A stretch of DNA of 64,000 nucleotides, from positions 124,001-188,000 of the forward strand of contig JAQGDQ010000439.1 in NCBI GenBank assembly GCA_030141605.1. Reading direction: 5' to 3'. The stretch comes from Tubiluchus corallicola. Its lineage: Eukaryota; Animalia; Priapulida. The position numbers were made by a program, and so were the translations under genes. The notes beneath the pieces are model-generated. The model worked only from the letters and a program-made list of their open reading frames with translations. It made no database searches and was not told where the DNA came from. Every line of letters starts with the position of its first letter. The stretch's first letter is position 1. Positions 1 through 12,961 of this stretch are shown piece by piece.

Positions 1-758
1 TTATGATCTTGTTTACAGAAAGGAAATTCTGATTTCGCTGTACTGCTTTCTACTGATTAAACATTTAAACAATACATTGTATGTGTGACATACGCAAATG
101 ATTCAAATAGTGACGAGACACCACAATATTTAAATCATTGAAAATCAGGTTCATTCAATTCTTGGCCGTTTTCGTCCAAGCTTTTCTATCTCTTTCTTTT
201 CTAATTTCTTCTTTTTCAATCGTACAAGCTAACTCAATAGACAACACAGCACGTCTGCGTATTGACGCCATAATTTGACTGACACCCCTTGCAGAATTGT
301 AATTACCAGAATTTGACGGAATGAAGTTTGATGTTGTCTAAATGAGCATTAGTTTTAGACTGACCATTTTTGCTTGTTGGTTTTAGTTTGATAGTTTAAA
401 ATTGATCGTGTAAAAGGACACTTAGATTATACAGCAAAGCAGTTCAACGCACGTGACGACACTTTTCTAATGAGGTGTATTTTATAACAAAATAATAAAC
501 AACATTTTAGTAAAACCAAACATCATTTATGAAGATAAACAAGCCTACTTGGATATTTTTCACTTTATGGTGACTCTGTACATTCATCACAACAGTTTTA
601 ACTTATTAAAAGGAAGACACATTTGTTATTAACAATTCTAGTTTGGGTTTAAATATTTCTTGCAACTATCTTATTCTGCAGAAGTATTAAATTATACCTA
701 GAAACGTTATTATTCTGGTCTGTTTGTTTTATTGACAGAAATCGCTGTTGTTGTTTTT

Positions 759-3272
759 CTATTGACAGTGTTCATTATTATCAATCACCGCTTTTCTTTT
801 CCATCCAAAACAAAAATACCCCATAGTACAACCGAGAACAAGTCCACCACACAACCAGATGTTATATGTCATGAATATCAACATAAGCAAGTAACTGTAA
901 GTTGTCTGTATCAAATGCAGAAATGTTTGTAACCAGTGACCAATGCTCAACCAAGATTCCCTGAAACAAAATTTTAAATATAATTAAAAAATAGCGATAA
1001 TTTAACGCCAACTTGGTTTAATAATATGATTTTCCACATTAGTTTGATGGTCACTAATCATCACAGTCTGGTTCAATATAAGAAGTATTACAATACATCA
1101 CATAGTTCATTGGCAGTTAACATCGTTTTGGAGAGGGTAAGTACTAGTTTTTAAATTACATTACCCCTCTGTTTCATTTTCTCGAGTGCTAGTTCCTGTA
1201 GATGCATGGTGTAGTTTCTTCTACAATTTTTGGAAAAAAGTGTCTTTCATTTCTTAATTTACTACTTTCACTTATACATGTATGTCACTATTTACAATTC
1301 TACGATGGCATAATAAGTAGAACACAAATGCATGTTTTTGAATGTAGGTATTGATGGATATGGCATCATTAATATATCATTCCACATAAGAAGACTGATT
1401 CACTTAATGTAGATAATATCTTTTTGTTATGAGACTGAAGACCGAAGAGGGACTTCTTGTTGTAATAGACTGTTCGGTTTTGAATTTAATTGGTGTATAG
1501 TCCCACGTTAAGAGCAGGTAGGCCTGTTCACGAATTACAACTGCATTTTTTTCATTTTTTATTTAAGTGGTCCCATTAGAGATGATTAGACCAACAATTA
1601 ACGTGACCAAAGGCTGTTTTGATAGTTTCAGTTGCATTGCTGGCCTAGATTGTTACACATTCAATAAAATTATGCTTATACCTTCCAGAACAACCATCAC
1701 ATTTTAGGGTTGGCCCTCGTCCGTTATTTTTCACATACGCATTTTCTTGCTTTGAGGATTCGACGTAAGCCTCATACTTTCTGCAACATATGCAGGACTG
1801 TCTATAGGTTAGTAAGTGTATCCGCCAGGACTTTAGACCTTCATAACAAACGCCTGCGAGGAACACGACTACAGTGGACCAAGCTATTCCTGAAATTATC
1901 CAGTGTGTTAGTAAAAATTAACAAATGGAAAAAAATATGCGAGTATTTTGCACACTTCTCTGCGCACCTCATGTGCACAATATTGCCACAAACCCTGGTG
2001 GGTATGATTGGAAAGATAGCAAATAGTTCAAAGTAGATTGTTTTTGATCCTGCAAGTCAAAGCTTGGTATTAAACTTATTGCGATTTATCGTTACAGTTT
2101 CACTCATTACATTACACGAAATTCTAAGAAGTGGTAAAAACATGTTAAACTGATCAAACCTGTTACACTGTTGATGCTCCAAGCTTGAAATAAAATCGTT
2201 TCACTCACACCTGCATGGAAGTAAGGCTGGAAAACATAACAACTCGTTAGAATTACAGGAACAATAAAAGTAAATTTGTAGTCATCAATTAAGCCTGTTT
2301 AGTAAATAATCACTAATAAATAATCACTTGACGAGTAGATTTGACCAGTAGTAGGGAATGTCTGAGCTGAATGACTCTCACAGTAGAAACAGCCACAAAA
2401 ATAATTTTATAGGAAGTGAATCAGTTAGAAGCCAGAAAATAGAAGATGACAAACACTAATCACAGCCATATAAAAATTAGCAGAAATTGTTTTGTCCGGT
2501 AAACTTGCCTTTCACCAAATGTACAATTCGCAACTATGTAACTAATTTTTTGTGCTTTTTTAGATCATCATTATCGTAGTTGCACGCAACGATCACCATT
2601 ATTGTCATCATCACTTCACCACCACCACCACTGCCACCCCCACCGCCACCACCACCGCCACCGCCAACACCGCCACCACCACCACCACCAACAACCACCA
2701 CCATCATCATCATCATCATTATTATTATCATCATCATTATCATCACCATCATTAATCATCATCGTCCTCGTCATCATCGTAATCATCATCATCGTCGTCG
2801 TCGTCATTATCATTGTCATTTTAATCATCACTACCACCATGATCATAGTCATCGTTATCAAACCAACATCTCCAAAATGATCACTGCCATTATCACATCA
2901 CTGTGACTTTAGTAACCAGCTGCATTAATCACTCAGTAATACTTACGCTCATGTATTGCATGGCCATCACCTGCTTTTTCTCGCCATAATTATAAACATT
3001 GTCATCAACCATCATCGTCATCATCTTTTTTAACATTACCATCACACCGTCTTTATTTAGATATGAGACATCGTGTACAAAGAATTTATGTATGATATTT
3101 TAACCCAAATCAGCTAATCAAAGCAACTTACCTTCATTGAGTGGCCAGTCATCCCAGTTTCCATTCCCGTACTGTGAAGATCAGTAACAGCTAACGTATT
3201 GTTTAACGTATGACTTGTTAAATGCGTCCAATTCATTTTGTGTTCGTTTACATGAGAATGCACACCAGACAT
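759..3272 (-). CDS. SLC31A1: High-affinity copper uptake protein CTR1 (SLC31 family), 4 coding exons, ~205 aa
   Basis: Exons 3272-3132 (MSGVHSHVNEHKMNWTH...GMETGMTGHSMK), 2226-2160 (PYFHAGVSETILFQAWSINSVTG), 1889-1682 (IAWSTVVVFLAGVCYEGLKSWR...) and 960-759 (HWLQTFLHLIQTTYSYLLMLIFMTYNIWLC...GCTMGYFCFGW...EHCQ*). All introns are GT-AG and phases are consistent. His/Met-rich N-terminus, YEGLK, MxxxM in TM2 and GxxxG in TM3 are CTR hallmarks. An in-frame upstream ATG at 3290 is possible. Confidence 0.93.
2590..2900. repeat. Compound (CCA/CCG)n-(CAT/CGT)n trinucleotide microsatellite in a CTR1 intron
   Basis: Direct reading; explains the poly-Pro/His/Ile/Met pseudo-ORFs at 2534-2906. Confidence 0.9.
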
Positions 3273-3965
3273 CTTGCAAGCTGGAAGCATTCAGTACATC
3301 TATCAGGAAAAGTATTGTAACTCAATACGGTAAATTTAGGAATTAAATCAGTAAATTTATGAAAGCAATTTGACCAACAGGTTACCTTCTTGTTACTTAT
3401 TAAGGCTCTGTTTATTATTCTCTTTATTTTTCTTACATGTTAATGTTCTCTTTATTATTCTCTTTAGAATAAATGACTTCGGAACATGATGAAAGTGAAG
3501 GCGTTTTTATCCACAAGTATCGCACTTTCAGAGCTAATAAGAGTAGAGGGTGTAAATCTCCTGTGTTTGTCCCGATCTTTCAACACTTTTGACCATATTC
3601 AACTGTAAATCGTTTATCCATTTGTACACATTCATTTTATTATTTATGATAGCCGCATCTGTATGCTCCTCGTGACGCTTCGTCCGATTAAACATGAATT
3701 TTGATGAGTATAGTAAGTATGATTTAAAACTGTAATTTCCCAGCTCGTGCTACCTCGTTCCATCCGCAGTGGGTTCCGTTCAGTAGGTGAACAGGCCAGG
3801 TGTTTTTAACATCTCAGCACCTGCTCCGTTCTTGTCAACCAGCATGAAGTACACGAGATAGAACACGACTACCGAGTTCCGTGCTTTATTTATTAGCACC
3901 ATCCGGTTTTGTTACAATATTAAATACTTTGTGAGCAAGTAATTATTGTCAACTTACTTCTAAAG

Positions 3966-4010
<45 letters not shown>

Positions 4011-4060
4011 GCTATCTATCTATCTATATATCTATATATCTATATATCTATATATCTATA

Positions 4061-4107
<47 letters not shown>

Positions 4108-4108
4108 T
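3966..4108. repeat. Compound (TATC)n-(TA)n-(TG)n microsatellite
   Basis: Direct reading. Confidence 0.9.
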
Positions 4109-7100
4109 GTGTGTGTATATAATATGTATATATAGTTTCTCATATATATTTCCAGAAAACATAAATCATGTTTTGCTTGGCATTGACTTCTGCTCGGATT
4201 TTATGCGTCGTGCCCGAAAATTTGTAACTCCTGGTGCTTGTATTCACTGCAGTCAAAATCTCACATCTGCTCTGGTGTATCAGTTTATTACCTTATCGCA
4301 CTTGACTCATTGTCCATATAGAATGCTTGGTATCAACCTAAGCAATCTCTTGTTCATAATGGCTCTGTTGCAACGTTGAGCCATTTTTATCGCTGTTTCT
4401 ATGACAGAGGCCCTCGGGACTTCTTGTCACTGGTTCCTAAACATGGGGAATTTGTAGAACTTGTTTTCCTGTTGGCTGTTGTCTTCTCATTTTGATCCTA
4501 GGCGTTACTACGTGCAGGACAGTTTTTCACAAAGAATATGGTGTCCATTCTTGAACATCACACATTAAGCTATGTCCAAGCTTCTTACATGACTAACAAT
4601 GATTAACATGATTACATGATTAACAATGGGAAACTTCTAGAATAATAATCATTTATTATAATAATCTCATATTGTTGCGGAGGCGACCAAGAGATCTAGG
4701 GTTCAAATCTGGATTAGCCAAACCATGTTGCAGACAAATGTTGTGGACGTGAAATTAGAGAAGAAATATAAAAATGTAAACAGAAAATTAAGGTGAAAGC
4801 TAGCCAGAATCTTTTCCTGCGTTCCTCATGCTGATCACGACTACGGCAAAGGTGCTGAGTCCATACCAGCTACTTATAGTTGCTATGCAATGGCTTCGTA
4901 ATGGATCGAGACATATCAACAGATTAGATTAGTTCGATATTACTAACAGAGCATACTGTTTATGTCATCATTTTAATCGAAGAAAGAATCCGGAAACGGG
5001 GAGGCATTAGCATCACACTTACAGTCTAAACAATAAAATTTCATGCAGCATTGCCAATCGGTGCTTATTTTAGTTAATCGAGAAAATAATCTGGTAGGCT
5101 TATTTGATTGATTATAGTGTCAGCAAGCATTTAGTTACAAAACTATTCTAAGTTTAGTTCAACTATAGAGTACCGGATGTTCCTGGAAACGTTTATAACT
5201 GAGTCACCATTTTTTTCGAAACCGGGGATTTGCGACACAGTTTGTTAACTTCATTTTTATTTTATTTCCTTTGTTTGTTTTGTGTTCAGTAATTTATTTT
5301 GGCAATAATGCATGGTTAGTTTTCTTTGACAGTTTGTCTAAGTTTGATAGATGGCAGATGGGAGAAGGACAGTAGCAAAAATGTGTTTTATTTCTTCAAA
5401 TTCTTTTTAAGTTTCAACGTGTCTTTGTTCTGGTTATCAGCAAAAATCTTATATCGTTTGCTTGTTGTGTTATGCTGCAATTTTTCTCTCTTAAAATATA
5501 GTCAAAATGTTGATTATGAACGGTTGCACATTTGATCGAATTTAAAAAAGAACTATGTGCATGAATTATTATCCACTCGTTATGGAAAATATCTCGGAGG
5601 AACGAAAGGCGAAGTAATAATCGGAAATTTTTGTGAATCCATTCGCGGTAATTGTATAGAAGATTCTTTTTGACCGAATTTGTTCTCTACTCTAAAACTT
5701 TCCCTAGCTAAACGATTTTAACTCCTCACCTCCTCACCAAATTGCCTTTCCCCCGTATAAGGGATCGCTAACACGTAGAAAGCTAGATTTATCCAACGCA
5801 AGATTGTTTAACACGTATAAACAAGCAGGAAAGCGCTCTAATCAACATACGGTGGCAGAAGCTAAAGTATTGATTAAATTTCGTAATTTATACCTGTTCG
5901 CCGTAATTAATTATACACTACCATAAGCAATCCATTAAAGTAATAACGCAAGATTGTTCTTTTCGCCATTTTGTTCCGTTCTTAACACACAAAATGCGCA
6001 GAGATGCGCTAAATAAATTACCCCACATTTTCGAGATTGTAACCTTGCGTTAGTGAAAACTTTGTACAAATAAATGTCATAAAAATGCACTAACTTTTGT
6101 CAATAATAAATGCGAGCGTCGTGATTGCACAGAAAACGCACTGATTTTTAATACTGTACTTGAACTTTAGAGTTTGCGTTTATTCCATGCGACAAAGCCG
6201 CTATTCTCCCATAAGAAACAAACGTAAGATGAACTTATAACAAATTGGGATTCTATCAAAATTCAAAACCACTTCACTGAGGCACCACACAATAACCATT
6301 CTGTCAATAAGTGCGTGTGCCAAGTTTTTTAGTTCTGTTGTTTAGTCAACCTTGAAATTCCATTTTTTGACAGCACCACCATCAGCAGCAGCAGCTGCGG
6401 TTCATTTGAAAAAAGTAGCATCGTCAAAAATAAATGTTGATAATAATAATAGTACATGTGCTTACTATTATTACAAGTTGTTACAAGAACTTACAACTAT
6501 TTACCCAATTACTGATTTTGAAAAGGCAGCAAGGGCAAAAAAATGAACGCAGAGCATCACATCATATTTCCCATTGTAGTATATGTTATAGGTAGAAAGA
6601 GAGCTTAACTCCAAAACTAGTTTGAATCATTTAAACTAATGAAAGCTTGATCGTGTTTGCCTTTTGCCTTTTAAATTCCATCACTGCAAATTAACACTCA
6701 TACTCCAAAACAGCAACAAAAAACACGGGCATTTACAAAACACAGTATAATATCCATATATGCATAATGTAATTTATATATACACACATACATAAATATA
6801 CGTATATGAATAAGTACTTCATTCAAATCTAGACTCACTCTTGACTTTTAAATATATTGTTGCAGGGCTGAGCTTCGCCCTGTTCTGCGTTGAAACTTTC
6901 ACTCACTCAAGGACACAGAATATGCGGCCTGTATGTTATTTCACTCGGTTTAAAGTAAAAACACCTCTGCAAATCAAGATGTAATGATCTTACATGCATG
7001 AAATTCATAAATCGTAACTGCTGATTGACTCGAATTAAAATACTTATCTATTCCACCTGTGCAAAATCTATATAAGCGCAGTATATATATAATTTTAGTA

Positions 7101-9892
7101 CGAATCGAGTTAGCATATCACGAAATCGTAATCGTAAGGAACAGCTGCGATTTGCAATGTTGTAATTATTGTGAAAAAACTATAACACTAACGATTATGC
7201 ACTATTAACAATAGATAGAGATGTCAATAAAAATTCTTTATTAGTACCGGTAGTGAAGTTTCAAGATTTTAGGATATAATTTTATATACACGTCGAAATT
7301 AGTAGAGTAATGTGTTTCAACAGCAGTCGGCTAATTAGCGATTTTTGGCAAAATCCCCCACCCGCTTTGAGCTTTGTTTGTCGACAAAGCACCCGCAAAA
7401 GCAAGTCAGGTTATACGTATGACAATAGCCGATAGACCTATTCGTGGTAGCCTTGAAATCTTATTATTAGCCCAGAAAGGTATGTTTACGCATGTATGAT
7501 TCGTGGTCTAATTCGACTTAATCTAAAGTCAAGAATGAATCATACAAGTTACTGTCGAACTTTGGATTTACTAGTTAACGCTTAATGCTATGTGTATAAA
7601 GCGTCCAGTGATGTCATTGGTAAGTTTTTATGCATGTAAACTAATTAAACTCGTTTTAGTGCAATTACCTATAATATAAGTATTATTAAAAATCATTAAT
7701 TTCAACAAGTATTGTATCGTAGGGTTATTAGCTGCTATTAATTAATAGGCCTTTTTGCATAGGCATTTTATCATAACGTATCTGCCAGGCCTGTTTATTA
7801 GTTTTGTAAGCTGCGCTGTTTCAGTATAAACAGTCTATGCAGATATGACAGATACAAAGCTTGATCACAATGTGAACTTGTGGTAATAACAAAATTATTA
7901 AATTTTAAATGTACAAAATTTTGATTTTGGGAAAAGCAATTCAATAGTAGAACGAAACCAGTATTACTCAAATTTTGAAGTCAAACTGGATAAAAGAAAA
8001 TAAACTCGAAAAGTTCGAAAGTGGCGTAGATAGACTCTTGGAAATGGACATGTTTTGAGACCAACGTACTGTCCAAAAGCTTCTCATCACGTCCACTGAC
8101 AGGTAATTTCTGTTTTTCCATAATTCTTTACTTTTCACCTACCATGGTGTCGTTTCCTTGTTGTCGTAAGCGGCTCACTCCTCAATTTTTATATGATAAA
8201 ATATGGTACGGAATATGTGGATTGAATTGATTGTTTTCTTTTTGACCATAATATAGTGTAGTCATGTTTAAGAACTTGTACTTAAGAATGAATTGTGAAA
8301 GTAGTAATAATATTCAGGCTATTGGCTAGCACTTACTGCTCGTATAAGCTCACTTATGAAAACGAAAGTTGAGACTGTTCAGGGCTGCGGTTGAACTTCA
8401 GTCATACAGAAATTAATTTTTTGAACTTCAAATTTAAAATTAATGGTATTTGCACTGATTGGCAAAGAAAATCAGCGCTCACTCAAGTTTATATCTATAC
8501 TTAGTAGACGAACTTAACAAAACTCTTGATAGGGGAACAAATGTGATACGAAGTTGTTGATATTTCCCTGTATTTGTGTGTGGTTCATGTATCGGTTTAC
8601 ATCAACCATTTTTTCATGCTCTGCCTATCCTTTAAAAATGGTTAAGAATTCATCTCCAAAGTACTTGATTCAAATCTAGACTCACTCTTGACTTTTAAAT
8701 TTGTTTTCAAAAAGAAATAATTGTGGATCTATTCAGTAATTTATAACACTTGCTGGTAATACGAGTAAAAAACCAATCATGCAGAACAGTCTTATAGTAT
8801 TAGCAGTACTACATAAAAGCCAATCAGCTTATTGAGAAAAATGGCGGCAATTTTGTATAACCTTGAAGTCTGAGCAATTTTCTTTTTTAAAACGCTATTA
8901 ACTGGCAATTTGTTCTTTTCAGTAAGAAACTTTAACAAGAATTGACATTTTACACATCAGTAATGCTGGAAAAAATAAAGGAAGCATACCTGGCGGCAAG
9001 ATGCCAATCCCAAAACGTACGACTATCAACAGTAATTCCTATTATTCATGGCTGAGGCTGCAAGTTTTACCAGTATCAACAAGTCGATTAGAATATATTT
9101 CCTATAACTTCAGACCTTTTGCTTTTAGGCTCTATAAACGTAGCATCAGCTGATACAAACCATTATTTAAACTAACCAAAAAATTGGTTTTCGAGGTCAG
9201 TGGCATGACGTCAGCAATACACAAGACTTAATTATTCATGGAAGAGCGCTTATATGAGAGCTGGTATTTAAATATTGTGCTGAAAGCTGATCACTGCTGT
9301 CAAAGGCACTTGCACCACCAGGCCGGCCAGTTTCCATGATAGATAAATGTAGTTTATTATTTACGGACATGTCCACGTCTTACGTGGGTAAGATTACATA
9401 ACGATCAAATATAAATTTTCTTAGCTAGTTTTGCTGGATATCCAAGCAATGGATCGTACTGAATTCCACGAAACATTTGGTCCCACAAGCACAATAACAG
9501 TAGCAGCGGCATTAGCAACGATAGCAACACCATTGTGGTATTAATGCTAGTCTTGTACAGGGTGTTCCAGAAGAAACAGTGCATTAAACATATGCTGAAC
9601 AAGTCACAAGGAAATGCAGTTATGAAATAGTAAGATGCTACATTACAATAACTTGCTTTTTGTATTGTTCAGTATAAGTATGACAGCACTTATTGGGCTT
9701 TGCATGACGTTACTACAGATGTTATTTTTTTAAGGAACACCCTATATAAATTTTGCCGTGACGAATTTAAGCAGACATGTAAGCATGAAATTAGTAAGCT
9801 ATTTATTTGCTAGCTAAAGTCATATCTAGAGCAAGTTTTAGTACGTTTTAATAACACTAAGCACAGTTAATAAATCTGCGTGTATTCTGTAG

Positions 9893-12800
9893 ATGTGGAG
9901 CAAAATCAAATTCCTTTCTGTGAGAAATTCTCAGCAAATAAGAGATACAAGTTATAAAAAAATGGACCAGGCACTAAAGTCCACATATGGCAAGCTTGCT
10001 CTTGGTGTAATAAGTACCACATTAACGGGAACAGAGATGTTACTTGACAAGTATCTTCCAGGTAAGAAAAACACATGTTTGGAAAATTGTTCAAAGGACA
10101 TCAATTTGCAGTGCATTCTTTTTCTTGTCAATAGATGTTTCTCCATTCCTCTAAGTCAGTAGATGTTTCTCTATTTCTCTACGTTACGCATGATATTAGC
10201 AGCACTTGCTACTGTTGTCTACATTATCGGTTTACCTTTTGATGACTTCACAAGACATTAGGAAGCAAAGTCTTAACTGTGAAGAAATTTGTCCGGAAAA
10301 ATTTTGATGAAACAAAAAACACTAAGAGAGAAACACTTAGCAAAATTCCTATAATTTTTTGGAAACCAAGCTTTCGGATTTCAAAGTACTTCAAGAAATT
10401 GAAAATATGGAAAAATAAAAATACTGAAAAACCATCAGCCAAATTATAAAAAACTAACTATTAAATTATCAAAACTTGCTACTAAAAAGAAGAAAAGAAA
10501 AATATAACATTTATGATATAAAAAAGACACAATAACAGTATATATAATTAAATGATAAAAACCTAGAAAACTGAGATAGACCGTGACAATGGCGATCCAA
10601 GCATACAGTAGTTTCTATAAAATGTTTATATTTGTCTAGTTTGTCTGAAATGTATAAATAAGCAAAAACAATATGAGAATGTGAACCACGGGATTTAAAC
10701 ATAAAAACAATATCTCCATATCTAAGGATCAGCGCTCTCAATTTAGGAATAACTGCTTTAAAATTTACGCCAATAACACACCACCAAAATTTACGCTGTC
10801 TAAACAGTGGTTCACAACTACAGAGATTTATTTTAGTAGATTCGATACTTTTGAAAGCTGTACGATCATTACACAAATACGATTTTTGCCTTTTGAATTA
10901 CATTTTGTTATTGTTTAGTGACCATATGACTGTTTATTTACAGCTGTATGTAGTACCAAAAATGTAGGTGGGTAACTGTGCAGCTAATGGTATCTTACAA
11001 TGACAAAACCAGAATGGGTTCGCGTTACCCCCACCACTATATACCCTGCAGAAATACTAGAGACGCTATTAGAGTTCTTACTGGTCAATATCTTATGTCG
11101 TCATGTTTGTGACATTTTGTTCACATTCAGGTTTTTTTATTTTTCAGTATTCAAAATTGAACTGAAACGTGATACTAAATTTATTATTAGGATTATGCAC
11201 TATTTCAAAAACAATAGTACTTTTTCTGCACCCACTATAAAATTCTCTATGTTCGCCTAACGTTCGTCGTCAAAGAGTTTTCACTAATTTTTGATAATGC
11301 ACGCTACAGCCATAGGCAGCATTCAGAAATAATATGATCTGATTCTACGAAGCGTTCAAATTTTCATATATTGAAGTAATTTGTGATTTTATACTTTAGA
11401 CGACGTGAAAAGAGAATCAAACGAAGAGGAAAAGTTTCTTATTTGGAAAAGCCAACCAAATAAATCAAATCTGGAATGCGATTCCAATTTAGAAGCGAAG
11501 GTACGAGAAAATTCCACGCCAAAGGTAAAATCAGTGCATGCTTACGCATGAGAACAAGGTGCTTACTCAGTGTTTATGCACTAGTTACCTAGTACTTACA
11601 AGGATGTGATTAGAGCAGAAGTTAATTGCACATGCATGTCACTGAGACAGAGATAGGCGACCTCATTGATAAAAAATAAGTAAGATAATTATTCTAAATC
11701 TCCGCTTGCCCTTCTTGTTTTGCAAATAACACCTATAACCGAACAACAAAGTTTGCTGAGGCATATACAGGTGTATTTTATGGCACCTGAAATTTCAAGA
11801 GAGATCACATAACTCATAAGCTTCCATAAATAAATTTGACTAACAGCTGCTATGAACTTGGTTTGTAAAAATGACCTTCAACGATCATAAACATGGTTCA
11901 CTTTTTCTCTTAAACAGGCAGTTTCCAGTTTTCAATCCAAACTTATTGATACATGCCAAACCAAAAAGCAAAATAAATCAGCACAGGACCCTACAGAAAT
12001 TCATAAAGAAGTGAAACTAATCAACATCCATGAAGGACAACTACTGCATAAAAGCTGCTCAACATTTGATAATTCTGACATGAACCAATGCATCAGTGAC
12101 AGAGTAGAAACTGCAAAATCGAACGTCGACGACACAACAAAATCAGATGGAGATCTTCTAGAGGAGCTACAAAGAAATAGAATTAGAAACCGACTAACAT
12201 GTGATGGTAACGAATTGGATGATGCAGTGCATGTGGCGTCGTGTGTAAATCATGACATATTTATAGCTAACAAACCTAATGTAAATGACGAAGAAATTAC
12301 AGGTGATTACATTCATGCAGAAATATGTGTATCTGACACAGGAGAAACTGTAAAGATGCCACAAACAATACAAACATGCGCCCTGAACAGTACAGAAATT
12401 ATAGGCCATAATTATGATAACGAGCTATCAGGAGGAAAAAATGAAGTAAGTGTTCGCGAGTTATCACAAATGACATCTCCATATGAGGTAGATAATAAAA
12501 ATACAATTGGCCATAATCAATATGATGCAACACATATAGTGCCAACAAATGAAACTCCAAAAGTAATGACCAAAGACAGCAGAAAACAATTCAAACCGGT
12601 AACAGGTGCTGAGCTTACGGCGAATTCATATGAAATCGAAAAATGTACAGAAATCTCAAGTGCTAGCAAATCAGACAACGGTGATAAAGTTCTTGAAGAC
12701 ATCAATGGACTTGTTGATGTTAATATGGCCTTAAACGATAAAAAGAATGCATTAAGTAAACAAACTGGTACAAATTTCAGTTCAAATGCAGGGAATCACA

Positions 12801-12961
12801 CTTTCCCCGATATCCAAAGCACAAACAACAATACGAATCCAGCTTCTCAAGACATTCAAGCAGCTTACACGACTATGACACTGGAGAATACATTACCTGC
12901 AGCCGTTTTGCTAGTGGCCCTTATATTATATGCTACGTTGCACTTACAATATTCAATTTAA
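9893..12961 (+). CDS. Perilipin-like segment fused to an acidic low-complexity region and a C-terminal transmembrane tail, at least 3 exons, ~445 aa from ATG 9893
   Basis: Exons 9893-10061 (MWSKIKF...LKSTYGKLALGVISTTLTGTEMLLDKYLP), 11400-11524 (DDVKRESNEEEK...STPK; alternative donor at 11500) and 11918-12961 (AVSSFQSK...TLPAAVLLVALILYATLHLQYSI*). Splice phases 1 and 0 join in frame; AATAAA at 12963-12968. The 'G..al.gv...l..se.lvD.YLP' pattern resembles the perilipin core. The true N-terminus is uncertain. Confidence 0.6.

Noticed and set aside
2534-2906. Poly-Pro/His/Met/Gly ORFs inside the copper transporter (tempting His/Met-rich metal-binding exon)
   Set aside because: They are translations of a trinucleotide microsatellite; CTR1 exons join in frame without them.
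3731-3916. TGTAAT...GTTACA segment resembling a solo LTR
   Set aside because: No target-site duplication, and the poly(A)-like signal is misplaced for either orientation.
10255-10449. Lys-rich open frame as an alternative terminal exon of the perilipin-like gene
   Set aside because: Weak acceptor, and the phase-compatible frame stops after 17 codons.
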